38,425 nucleotides of DNA from Candidatus Micrarchaeia archaeon (GTDB lineage: Archaea > Micrarchaeota > Micrarchaeia > CABMEP01): assembly GCA_038886535.1 (NCBI GenBank), contig JAVZXS010000007.1, positions 1 to 38,425 of the forward strand, given 5' to 3'. Made by a program: the position numbers and the translations under genes. Under the pieces are notes generated by a model. The model made no database searches. It was not told where the DNA came from and saw only the letters and a program-made list of their open reading frames with translations. This document shows positions 8,631 to 17,415 of this stretch, piece after piece (positions within the stretch are counted from its first letter, which is position 1; each line of letters opens with the position of its first letter).

Positions 8631-9921
8631 GTTCTCTCCTCTTTTCAAGTATTATTAATACTGCCTTATCTTTTCGGTTTAATCTAGTTTTATCAAGAGA
8701 TATTGCAACAGGATAGGAAGTGAATACTTTATTTAAAAAGTCTTTTTCATTTATTTCTATAAAGTCCCTTACTGAAGTAATATTTTTAGGTTCAACAGTG
8801 AATATCTTAACTTGTAATCCTTCACCTTCAACTATATAATACCCTTTGTATTCGATATCTACATTCTGCATATAATTAACTTTTTTATTAACTTTTACAA
8901 AGTTATAATGAGGCTCTGGCTTATTAACATAAACATTTCTAATAATCTCAGTTATTCTTTTCTCAAAGGGAATTTCTTTTGTCTTGCTAACTACTTCTTT
9001 AATATTTACTTTTTTATCTTGCAAATAAGTTAATGTTGAAGGAATTTTCATTGGTTGTGCTATAATGCTGTAAACCTTACCATTACAGACAAAAAATATG
9101 TCTACAGGAGACTTAAGATACTGAGGAACATCTCCAACTTTTTTTACAGTGAATTTAACAAAAGCGTTGTTACCTGATGCCTTAACTCTTACTCCTTTTT
9201 CATCAGAAAAAACTACATCTGTAATATCTCCATCAAGACAATACACTCTATTTATATCCATAGATGACATCTGAACAAATTTGGTTTTATCTGGTTCTAC
9301 TACAACTGGAGATAACCCTGATGTTTTTTCAAGGCTTTCAAATAATTGTTTGTCGTAATTTTCTTCATCATTTATTAAAATATTTTTTTCTTTATTACCC
9401 TGTTCTATTTTATTTTCTTTCGTAACCTTACCAGATTGCTTGCTTTTATCATTCGGGCTATCTCCTTCTTTTAACTGCTCTTCATAAGAGAAACCAACAG
9501 GTAAATTAGGAGTTTTTAGCATCGATTTTGTCCCTAATTTACCTATTTTATCTGGTTTATCCTCAATCAACTCTCCTTTTATAGGTAATTCTTTCTTTAC
9601 AGGACATAATGCTGAAAAACCTTCTACATTTTTACAACTTTTAACAAAATCCTCTGATAGTTCTTCTAATAACTTTTCAAAAATCCATCCTTTCTTACCA
9701 TCTTCAGTGATTACTTCCATAAAACCATTTTGAACTTTTCCAGTTGCTACAACCCAAGAACCCTGATTAACTGTTAACAATGTTTGCGATTTTAGTTCTG
9801 GAGACTCCTTTAAAGGTGCATTGGAAAGAACTCTGTGAGTATAATTTAATTCTTGTGCATAAACAAAATTAACTATGAAAAATAATACAAAAATACTAAT
9901 AATCACTACTTTTTTTCTCAA
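8623..9921 (-). CDS. traK: TraK (F-type secretin-like) with an extra N-terminal SH3b-like domain
   Basis: SSMDINRVYC...DVVFSDEKG TraK pattern between traE and traB. The N-terminal APLKESP...GKKGWIFEKLL segment resembles a bacterial SH3 domain. Confidence 0.85.
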   Translation of the reverse strand: MRKKVVIISIFVLFFIVNFVYAQELNYTHRVLSNAPLKESPELKSQTLLTVNQGSWVVATGKVQNGFMEVITEDGKKGWIFEKLLEELSEDFVKSCKNVEGFSALCPVKKELPIKGELIEDKPDKIGKLGTKSMLKTPNLPVGFSYEEQLKEGDSPNDKSKQSGKVTKENKIEQGNKEKNILINDEENYDKQLFESLEKTSGLSPVVVEPDKTKFVQMSSMDINRVYCLDGDITDVVFSDEKGVRVKASGNNAFVKFTVKKVGDVPQYLKSPVDIFFVCNGKVYSIIAQPMKIPSTLTYLQDKKVNIKEVVSKTKEIPFEKRITEIIRNVYVNKPEPHYNFVKVNKKVNYMQNVDIEYKGYYIVEGEGLQVKIFTVEPKNITSVRDFIEINEKDFLNKVFTSYPVAISLDKTRLNRKDKAVLIILEKRREHE

Positions 9922-10487
9922 CTTTTTGCCTCCTTTAATTCTACAAATTCTTTTACATAAAAATAGCCATTTGAAATTGAATAATCTATAACATACGCTT
10001 TATTTTCGTTCGTTATAAATTGTTTGTCATGAGTATACTGATTTAATAGTCCAGTTACATATATTTTTTTTGCTTTTCTGTCTACTTTAAAATTATGAGG
10101 ATAAAAAACACTACTTACTTGTCCTGTTTCAATTTTGTCTGCTGTATCATAAAGAATTGTTTTATATTTTGCAAGAGAATCTGGAAAACAAAATTTTAAG
10201 AAATGATTAAACTGAGACCTTGCTGTTCCTGGATTATAAGTAAGCATTAAGTTAGAAATAAATCTTGCCATATTAACTATATACTCATCTGAAGCATCAT
10301 TTGCTTGTATAAACATTTGGTCAGATATAGCAGGCGGAACTATAATTATTTTTTGATTTTGCATTATTGAATAAACAAATATTGAATTAAAAACAACTGC
10401 AACTCCAATTACTATTACAAAAAATTTTAATAATTTGTTTTGCTGTTTCAATTTTTCTTTTTCTTCTACGTATTTTTCAAATAACAT
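9918..10487 (-). CDS. traE: TraE
   Basis: Single TM helix, KIIIVPP and VSSVFYP motifs; gene order traA-L-E-K-B. Confidence 0.9.
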   Translation of the reverse strand: MLFEKYVEEKEKLKQQNKLLKFFVIVIGVAVVFNSIFVYSIMQNQKIIIVPPAISDQMFIQANDASDEYIVNMARFISNLMLTYNPGTARSQFNHFLKFCFPDSLAKYKTILYDTADKIETGQVSSVFYPHNFKVDRKAKKIYVTGLLNQYTHDKQFITNENKAYVIDYSISNGYFYVKEFVELKEAKS

Positions 10488-10490
10488 TTT

Positions 10491-10757
10491 CTACTCCTGA
10501 AAAATTTTTTCTGTAAAATATGGAACATTTTTAATATTTACTACACCAATCATATATAAAATATGTCTTAAATATCCCCTTGCTTTATTCTTCTTTAATT
10601 TAGAAAAAACAAATGGAACTAAAAATAAAAGCAACCAAAATACATACCCAAAAATCATAGCAAGTATTAATAAAATGTTTATTAATACAATCTCGTCTAA
10701 TTCAAACCATAGTACTTGAACTTGTCTATGTAAGTATTGTGGTATTTTATATTTCAT
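10491..10757 (-). CDS. traL: TraL
   Basis: KIPQYLHRQVQVLWFELDE...RGYLRHILYMIG pattern, 88 aa. Confidence 0.9.
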   Translation of the reverse strand: MKYKIPQYLHRQVQVLWFELDEIVLINILLILAMIFGYVFWLLLFLVPFVFSKLKKNKARGYLRHILYMIGVVNIKNVPYFTEKIFQE

Positions 10758-10776
10758 TTTCGCTCCTTTTATGAGA

Positions 10777-10817
10777 ATACAGGTCTTCAGTTAAGTTATT
10801 TAACTGAAGACCTGTAT
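10777..10817. terminator. Perfect 18-bp stem-loop between traA and traL (terminator, attenuator or mRNA-stabilising hairpin)
   Basis: ATACAGGTCTTCAGTTAA (10777-10794), 5-nt loop, TTAACTGAAGACCTGTAT (10800-10817). No strong U-tract on the minus strand. Confidence 0.6.
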
Positions 10818-10821
10818 ATCT

Positions 10822-11133
10822 TTAGAATATTAAACCTATACCAGTAATTAGTGTGTCAGCTTTTAACATTACTGCACCGCCAAGAATTGCGGGAATTGCT
10901 TGAAGCATACGTCCACCTATAAGTGAAATAGCACCAATTACCATTGCCCCTATGCCCCCTACATATCCAACAGGACCCTTGAGAATCTTGTCTACAGCAA
11001 TATCGTATACATCATAAGCAAAAGTTCCACTACTTGGCTGGTTAATCGCAGCAGCAGTAGATACCAAATCAGGAACAAACATAAATACTGCGTAGACAAT
11101 TACAGATAGAAACAGAGCCATTTCTTTTCTCAT
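10822..11133 (-). CDS. traA: Conjugative pilin TraA
   Basis: 103 aa with leader peptide and two hydrophobic helices (YDIAVDKILKGPVGYVGG), strong GGAGGTG RBS, immediately before traL. Confidence 0.85.
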   Translation of the reverse strand: MRKEMALFLSVIVYAVFMFVPDLVSTAAAINQPSSGTFAYDVYDIAVDKILKGPVGYVGGIGAMVIGAISLIGGRMLQAIPAILGGAVMLKADTLITGIGLIF

Positions 11134-11274
11134 TTTTTCACCTCCTTTCTTAGAATAATTTTTATATTTTTGCTATAGGTAAAGTTGTTTTATTATTTTT
11201 CAAATTAGAGGTTACACAATGTAACTATGATTATCAAATAAAATTTTAAAATTGACTTTTAGAGAAAAATTTTT

Positions 11275-11321
11275 TCTCCCCTATCGGGGAAACTCTTTCT
11301 GTGAGGGAGAAGTAGTTCACT
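11275..11321 (+). repeat. Dispersed 47-bp double-hairpin repeat ending GTAGTTCAC (IS200/IS605-end-like), copy A
   Basis: 41/47 identical to 36818-36864. Confidence 0.75.
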
Positions 11322-11351
11322 ACTAGTATCTTCTTTGTCAACCAATTATAT

Positions 11352-11609
11352 TCACTCCTCATAAAGAAAACCTTGACCATCAAAACGAGGTAATTGACTG
11401 TTTTTTAAAGTTTGGACTGATATTTCTTCTGATAAAAGTGTTTTTCTAACTGCAGGTAAATAATCTCCAATTAAAAAAATCTCATTTTGTTGGTATTTAA
11501 CTATGTCGTCGCTAAAATCTACTTTACCCATTCGATATTTATATTCTCCTTCCTGAACTCCTAAGAAAAAAAATAATAATACACTTAATAAAAGGTACTT
11601 AATTTTCAT
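11352..11609 (-). CDS. Small hypothetical exported protein
   Basis: 85 aa, GGAGG RBS, start overlaps the trbC stop, signal-peptide-like N-terminus. Confidence 0.6.
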   Translation of the reverse strand: MKIKYLLLSVLLFFFLGVQEGEYKYRMGKVDFSDDIVKYQQNEIFLIGDYLPAVRKTLLSEEISVQTLKNSQLPRFDGQGFLYEE

Positions 11610-12661
11610 TGTTTACCTCCTTTTAAGTAGGTATTTTTTGGTGTTACTATTTCTGCTTTTTGATTTAAGTTTTCTTGATAAAGAGAGTAAATTTTATTTA
11701 ATCTATCATCTTTTGTTTTTTCTGACATTATTTTCAAGTGATACTCTATAGATATATCTCCTAGTGATATTGCGGAAAATGTATGTTTTAATTTTCCTTC
11801 GCTTTCTTTTACGATTGAAATATCTGGAAGTCCTCTTACATATATTACTGCTGGAACTTTATCAATATTAAATTTCCTATATATAAAAGGGTCAATTAAT
11901 ATTCTTACTGGATATACTTCACAATTTTCTTTTTCACATAATGGATTTACTTTAATCATATTATACAGCCAATTAACAGTAGGTTGAACTTTACTTAAAC
12001 CCTTTATTCCACCCCTTAAAACAAAATAAACATTACTCGAAAAATTTAAAGACTGTTTTATATAATTTTTTATCGTATTTTCTGGCATACTACTTGAAAT
12101 CAAAATATAAATTCTTTCATCTGGGTTTAACTCTATTGCTTTTAAACTTTTCATATCCTTGTAAGGATTTACGAAATCATTACTGCTAAAATCCTGACCC
12201 TGCAGCAACATGTTTTCTATCTGTTCTTTATATTTTCTATAATTTTTTTGAAATTCTTCACTCTGATAATAATTATATACTGATTCTGCCCATTTTTCAG
12301 CAGATGAAGTATGTTTATTTTCTAAACTTGATTGCTTTATTTCTTTCTCTATTTCTTTTGCTTTTTCATTAACTTTAATAATGTCAGATATTTTAACATC
12401 ATTCTGTGTTTGTTTTTTAATTAACTTTCCATCAGCATATATATTTAACTCTTTGTAATTTGAATCTACTTCTACCTCAAATAAACTATTAGGATTTTTA
12501 CATTTTTCATCTTTAATTATATATACATTATTTTCCTTTACTTCCTTTAATAAGTAACAAGGAGAAGGTGCAATAATGTTCCACTTTTGTTTTTGACCAG
12601 CATTAATTGAACTAAACATTACTAAAACAAGTAAAATTGTGATTATAATTTTATTCTTCAT
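11606..12661 (-). CDS. trbC: F-type pilin assembly protein TrbC (N-terminally extended)
   Basis: IYILISSSMP...FVLRGG...IDPFIYRKFNIDKVPAV motifs. Likely start is ATG 12661. Confidence 0.9.
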   Translation of the reverse strand: MKNKIIITILLVLVMFSSINAGQKQKWNIIAPSPCYLLKEVKENNVYIIKDEKCKNPNSLFEVEVDSNYKELNIYADGKLIKKQTQNDVKISDIIKVNEKAKEIEKEIKQSSLENKHTSSAEKWAESVYNYYQSEEFQKNYRKYKEQIENMLLQGQDFSSNDFVNPYKDMKSLKAIELNPDERIYILISSSMPENTIKNYIKQSLNFSSNVYFVLRGGIKGLSKVQPTVNWLYNMIKVNPLCEKENCEVYPVRILIDPFIYRKFNIDKVPAVIYVRGLPDISIVKESEGKLKHTFSAISLGDISIEYHLKIMSEKTKDDRLNKIYSLYQENLNQKAEIVTPKNTYLKGGKQ

Positions 12662-13683
12662 TTGCCACCCAATGATGGTCCTAAACAGCATTTTATTCTT
12701 CTGAATAACATAAAATCAAAATTATCGGGAGCATTTCTATTAGAACCATAAGGAGGATTTTTCGCCACACCCCAAATTATTCCTGATTGACCCAATTGTA
12801 TAATACTACCTACCACTGGCTTCATTAAATGAACTTTATAATGAGATTTCACCCAAATAGGATTTACAACTGGACCACATAAATCTAATGCTGTATCCCA
12901 TAATAATAGTTCTCTTCCCAGTTTTGCTATCATTTTCGCTGCTAACGCTGCATTCCCCTCAACTATATTGCTTACAGAAGTTTTTCCTGTCATTGGATAA
13001 ACACTACCCCAACTACCAACGCACCAAAATAAAGGGTCTATTGGATATCCAACCGTAGCAGCAACAGAGTCGGCTATACAAGACATTTGTGCAACTGGAT
13101 TAGCAAAAAGTAATACTTCTGGATGAATAAACATAGCTACATCGTCTCTTTGCCAAAGTATATCTAATTCTGTTACATACGCTATATCAAATCCATCCCA
13201 CTGAATACAAGGAACATCCATAAATAAATCAAGAATGTTAAATACTGAAAAGAAATACCAATGTGCCTGCCTAAAAATAGAACCAGAATTGGAAGTTCCC
13301 TTTGCAGTATGAGTTTGAGAACCACCGCCACCTATATCTTTACCAGGGTTTATTTTTAAACCACCAAGCAGTGGGAAACACCAAGCGTCTTTTACTGTTT
13401 CTATTACTCTGGCAGGCTCCCAAAAAGAAAAGGTTAAACCAAAAGTTAGAGACCCTTGTCTTCTACAATAACAAACTACTCTCTTTAAATGGTCTGGATT
13501 TGGTAAATTAGAAGGACCCTTTATCTCTACTCCTGCTATTTCTATTGGAAAAATTCCATCCCACTTAACATCATTAATCAAATTTACAAAAGATGCTTTA
13601 CATTCTGAGGTTGCATTATTGGTGGAAAATAAAACTATAAAAAAACTTAACAGTAATACTATTTTTACTGACCTGATATTCAT
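12658..13683 (-). CDS. traU: TraU
   Basis: FWEPARVIETVKDAWCFP, FDIAYVTELD and LFWCVGSWGSVYP motifs; Cys-rich. Confidence 0.95.
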   Translation of the reverse strand: MNIRSVKIVLLLSFFIVLFSTNNATSECKASFVNLINDVKWDGIFPIEIAGVEIKGPSNLPNPDHLKRVVCYCRRQGSLTFGLTFSFWEPARVIETVKDAWCFPLLGGLKINPGKDIGGGGSQTHTAKGTSNSGSIFRQAHWYFFSVFNILDLFMDVPCIQWDGFDIAYVTELDILWQRDDVAMFIHPEVLLFANPVAQMSCIADSVAATVGYPIDPLFWCVGSWGSVYPMTGKTSVSNIVEGNAALAAKMIAKLGRELLLWDTALDLCGPVVNPIWVKSHYKVHLMKPVVGSIIQLGQSGIIWGVAKNPPYGSNRNAPDNFDFMLFRRIKCCLGPSLGGK

Positions 13684-14345
13684 TGTTTATTCCTCTTTTT
13701 TTGTATTTCTTTTTCCATATCACTTTGACTAATTTCTGTTATTTCAAGTGCTTTACCTACCTGTCTTACATAAGAAGGAGATTTAACAATATTAAATTTT
13801 TTTATTATTATAGGAGTAGCCTTATACACAGAAGTTTCAAGTAGTTTAGATGCTTTTAAAACATCCCCTTCAGTTGCTAAAAAAGTAATATTTAAATCTT
13901 GATTATACCCCATAGTTTTAATCCACTGTATTTGAGTTGCACTATTGGCATCAAAAAACAAAAATGCACCTCTTAACTGTATATATTCTAAAGGATTAAA
14001 TGTATATCCTTTAGGATATAAAATTCCGCCTTTTCCATCTGGAATATCTACATCTAAAGTAAACTTAGGGACAAAATACCTAACTTTGGTCTCTGTAGCC
14101 TTAGAAATTGAATTTTTTACCAGTGCTACTTCTGGAAGTTTTTTTTGAATTTTTTTGGTTAATTCAAGCATGTCTATTTTTTTTACTTTTTCAAGTATTT
14201 CATTGTAAGCATCTGGCTCTGATATAGAATAGGTTTTACCAAAGGTTCCTGCATAATGTTCTTCAGAAAAAACTTTATCTGAAACACTAAAGCAAAAAAA
14301 ACATATAACAATTACTTTATAAATTTTATCTACTAATTGTTTCAT
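13680..14345 (-). CDS. traW: TraW
   Basis: GKTYSISEPD and DGKGGILYPKGYTFNPLEY motifs. Confidence 0.9.
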   Translation of the reverse strand: MKQLVDKIYKVIVICFFCFSVSDKVFSEEHYAGTFGKTYSISEPDAYNEILEKVKKIDMLELTKKIQKKLPEVALVKNSISKATETKVRYFVPKFTLDVDIPDGKGGILYPKGYTFNPLEYIQLRGAFLFFDANSATQIQWIKTMGYNQDLNITFLATEGDVLKASKLLETSVYKATPIIIKKFNIVKSPSYVRQVGKALEITEISQSDMEKEIQKKRNKQ

Positions 14346-17300
14346 GAATTGACCCCTGGAAATAATTTCTCATTAAATCTTCTACATTAGTTTGAACTTT
14401 ATCTACAATATCGTTTATATATTCACTTAAATCAATTTTATCAAAATCCAGTGCTGCAAATTCTTCAGGAGTAAAACCTCTACAGTTTGGACTTCCTGGA
14501 CTTCCCCAGTTACTTATGTCAGTTGTTAATTGAGGTCTTCCTTGTTCGTGAACAATTCTTGCTAACTTTGAATTAAAGCAACAATATATTTTTGCCTTTT
14601 GAACACAACCAATAAAAAGTATCTTTTTAATACATTTTTCACCTATCTCATGACATCTACCTGAATCTCTTTCATTATTTGTTATAACATCTTGCTGGTC
14701 ACACCCAGCAAATAATATAGACATTATTGTTGATAAAACAGCAAAACCAAAACCTAATGGTCCAATCCATCCAATACTATAAAAATAGGCACTGGCGGCT
14801 AGATTTGCTAGCGCTGCAAGTTGTTTATCTTTTATTAATCCACTTATCGCAAGATGAACTATTGCCATTGTTACTGCTCGTCCTGCTACATCAAGATACG
14901 CTTTTGCTATATTAGCAGATAACTGATCACTGCCTACTGCTTGCAGAACTGGATTACCATCAACTGTTTCAGCAAAAGTAAAACTTCCTCCATTCTGTCC
15001 GATTGCATTAGCAACTCCCATTCCTACTGTTGTACTTTTACTTACTTCATACCAACCCATTGCTTGGTTATACAACATATACGTTTTTTCTGTTGCAATT
15101 ACAAAGGTATTACCTTGAGCAAACATAGACGCTAATCTAACTGCATGATAAGCATGATAAAGCGCTTCACCACCGTGTTTAACTATGGAAAAAACTGTTC
15201 CTATAGAACCTGTTGAATCTGCAAGTGCCTTTTGCCCTGGCTTACAACAGTTTTTAAATCCTGTCTGCAATCCACTTTTTCTACATCTTGCGGATTTTCC
15301 ATTAAATATATATATTTGTCCTAAACACTCTCCATCTGGACTTTGAGGACCATCATCAGTTAATCCCTGCGGCGGAGTATCTTCACTTTCCGCTGATGCA
15401 CCAGTAGTACATTGGCTTTTAGAACACTTTATACTATTTGTTCCTCCAATATTTACTCTCATACATTGATAATTGCTTCCATAAGGACACGAATAACCCA
15501 TGAAGCATCTACCATCAGGTTGCAGTTGTCCACCCGAAGGACAAGAAGCAGACTGTTCACATAAATCTGTTGTTTTGTTTAAATTATTTGCACAATCAGG
15601 AGAATTTATACATCTCTGAACTGATGAACTGTATCTGCCACCTGAAGGACAAGAATGTGAACCTAGACACAAACCTATAGTTTGATTAAATGAACCACCA
15701 TAATTACATGATGGAGTATGAAGACATAAATGTAAAGAAGAATTATAAGTTCCACCAGAAGGACAAGAATAACTTGCATATTCTGTACAATAATATCCAC
15801 CACCTATGTATTCAAGAGAACCTCTTACACAGTTACCTGATACTGCACAGTAACCACTGCTAGACCTAAATGACATAATTTCACAATAAGGAACTGGAGG
15901 TGAACCTACTGAAGTAAATTTCGCACAAACACAAGTATCAAGTGGAGTTATTTTTGGACATTTACCACATGCAGGATAACCACTTGTATATGGATAATAA
16001 GGACAATTACCACATTCTCCAGAACTACTTGGAGAAGCACCTTTTTGAAATTCTCCAAGTCTCTGATAAGCATTACTTCCCATTTCGCTCCATCTATATG
16101 TACTTCCACAATAATGGTCGTATCCTATCCAATCAGGGCATCTTCCTAAATACCAAACATACGCTGCTATTACATCTGCTTGTTCTTCCTGAGTGCATCT
16201 ATAACTTGGATTATACATACTGCATGGATTTCTTTCATATAATCCATTTGCAGGATTTCCAAATAAGTGATGTCTCAGTGCTGTATTAACAAATCCTCTG
16301 ATTTGGTCATAAGTCGGAGGTTTACTCCAAATACTATTATGATGTAGAAAACCTGGAGCATCAGCAGGTCTATATAATACCATTTCATATACACCATTTA
16401 TATAAGGATTTACAGACGGATTTACAGTGGAAGTACATAAACCACCCATCACATCTCTTGTTGTAAAATTTTGAATATTACATTCAAAATTGGCTTTACA
16501 TTTACCGTTACCTGCAGAAGTCATTCCAGGAGGACAATACTCAACAGGAGAACTTGAACAATATTTTATAGCAGAATTCCATGTGCCTGATATACAAGTA
16601 GGATTACTCGTACATGTCTGATGCGAAAAATTAAAAGTATATCCTGAAGGACAATCAGGAACACTACCTACACATGTATCATAACTATTATTATAACTAT
16701 ATCCAGATGGACAACTTGGAAGTTTTGTGCATTTCTGATAAGTTGTATTAAAGGAATATCCCGAGGGACATATAGCAGAACCATAATTTTCTATACAATC
16801 TCTCATATCAAGAGGACAAATTTTTGATTGCCCACCTCCACTTACTGGTGTAGCAGATAAGCATTCTACTACTTCGTTCTCTTCAATTTCATCGTTATTA
16901 TTTTTATCTACAACGCAAGACTCTGACTCCAAAGTTAATTCAGGTGGCGTAGGTGGACCTCCACCGGGACCACTTCCATAACCTTCACACCTTTTTGTAT
17001 TAGGATTGTAAACTGAATTGCCTTCGCATGTAGGAGAATCAACGCAGGTCTTTAACCATTGACTGTAAACATATCTTTCAGGACATTCATTATGTTCATT
17101 CAGCGGCCATGTTTCACAATATCCTGTTTGAGGATTAAACAGGGGAATAGACCTTATTGGTCCATTAGGACGATAACAAACTAATCCTGATGGATTATTA
17201 CCATACGCTAATGAAGGAGAAAATATTTCAGAAGAAATGAAGTAAAATAAGGCTCCTATTTTAGCAAAATTTTTTAATTCAATATCATTATTACTACTAT

Positions 17301-17415
17301 TTCTTTTAATATAGAGCGATAATTCATCAAAAGACTTTTTATAAAAAGTAACATCAGTAAACACAAATAAAAAAATTATAAAAATTGAAACAACCTTTTT
17401 AAACAAATTACCCAA
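14326..17415 (-). CDS. traN: Mating-pair stabilisation adhesin TraN (Cys-rich repeats, central variable domain)
   Basis: C-terminal TraN signature YCCFNSKLARIVHEQGRPQL...CRGFTPEEF..LDFDKIDLSEY, plus IYIFNGKSARC and multiple CPSG repeats. Confidence 0.92.
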   Translation of the reverse strand: MGNLFKKVVSIFIIFLFVFTDVTFYKKSFDELSLYIKRNSSNNDIELKNFAKIGALFYFISSEIFSPSLAYGNNPSGLVCYRPNGPIRSIPLFNPQTGYCETWPLNEHNECPERYVYSQWLKTCVDSPTCEGNSVYNPNTKRCEGYGSGPGGGPPTPPELTLESESCVVDKNNNDEIEENEVVECLSATPVSGGGQSKICPLDMRDCIENYGSAICPSGYSFNTTYQKCTKLPSCPSGYSYNNSYDTCVGSVPDCPSGYTFNFSHQTCTSNPTCISGTWNSAIKYCSSSPVEYCPPGMTSAGNGKCKANFECNIQNFTTRDVMGGLCTSTVNPSVNPYINGVYEMVLYRPADAPGFLHHNSIWSKPPTYDQIRGFVNTALRHHLFGNPANGLYERNPCSMYNPSYRCTQEEQADVIAAYVWYLGRCPDWIGYDHYCGSTYRWSEMGSNAYQRLGEFQKGASPSSSGECGNCPYYPYTSGYPACGKCPKITPLDTCVCAKFTSVGSPPVPYCEIMSFRSSSGYCAVSGNCVRGSLEYIGGGYYCTEYASYSCPSGGTYNSSLHLCLHTPSCNYGGSFNQTIGLCLGSHSCPSGGRYSSSVQRCINSPDCANNLNKTTDLCEQSASCPSGGQLQPDGRCFMGYSCPYGSNYQCMRVNIGGTNSIKCSKSQCTTGASAESEDTPPQGLTDDGPQSPDGECLGQIYIFNGKSARCRKSGLQTGFKNCCKPGQKALADSTGSIGTVFSIVKHGGEALYHAYHAVRLASMFAQGNTFVIATEKTYMLYNQAMGWYEVSKSTTVGMGVANAIGQNGGSFTFAETVDGNPVLQAVGSDQLSANIAKAYLDVAGRAVTMAIVHLAISGLIKDKQLAALANLAASAYFYSIGWIGPLGFGFAVLSTIMSILFAGCDQQDVITNNERDSGRCHEIGEKCIKKILFIGCVQKAKIYCCFNSKLARIVHEQGRPQLTTDISNWGSPGSPNCRGFTPEEFAALDFDKIDLSEYINDIVDKVQTNVEDLMRNYFQGSIHETISR

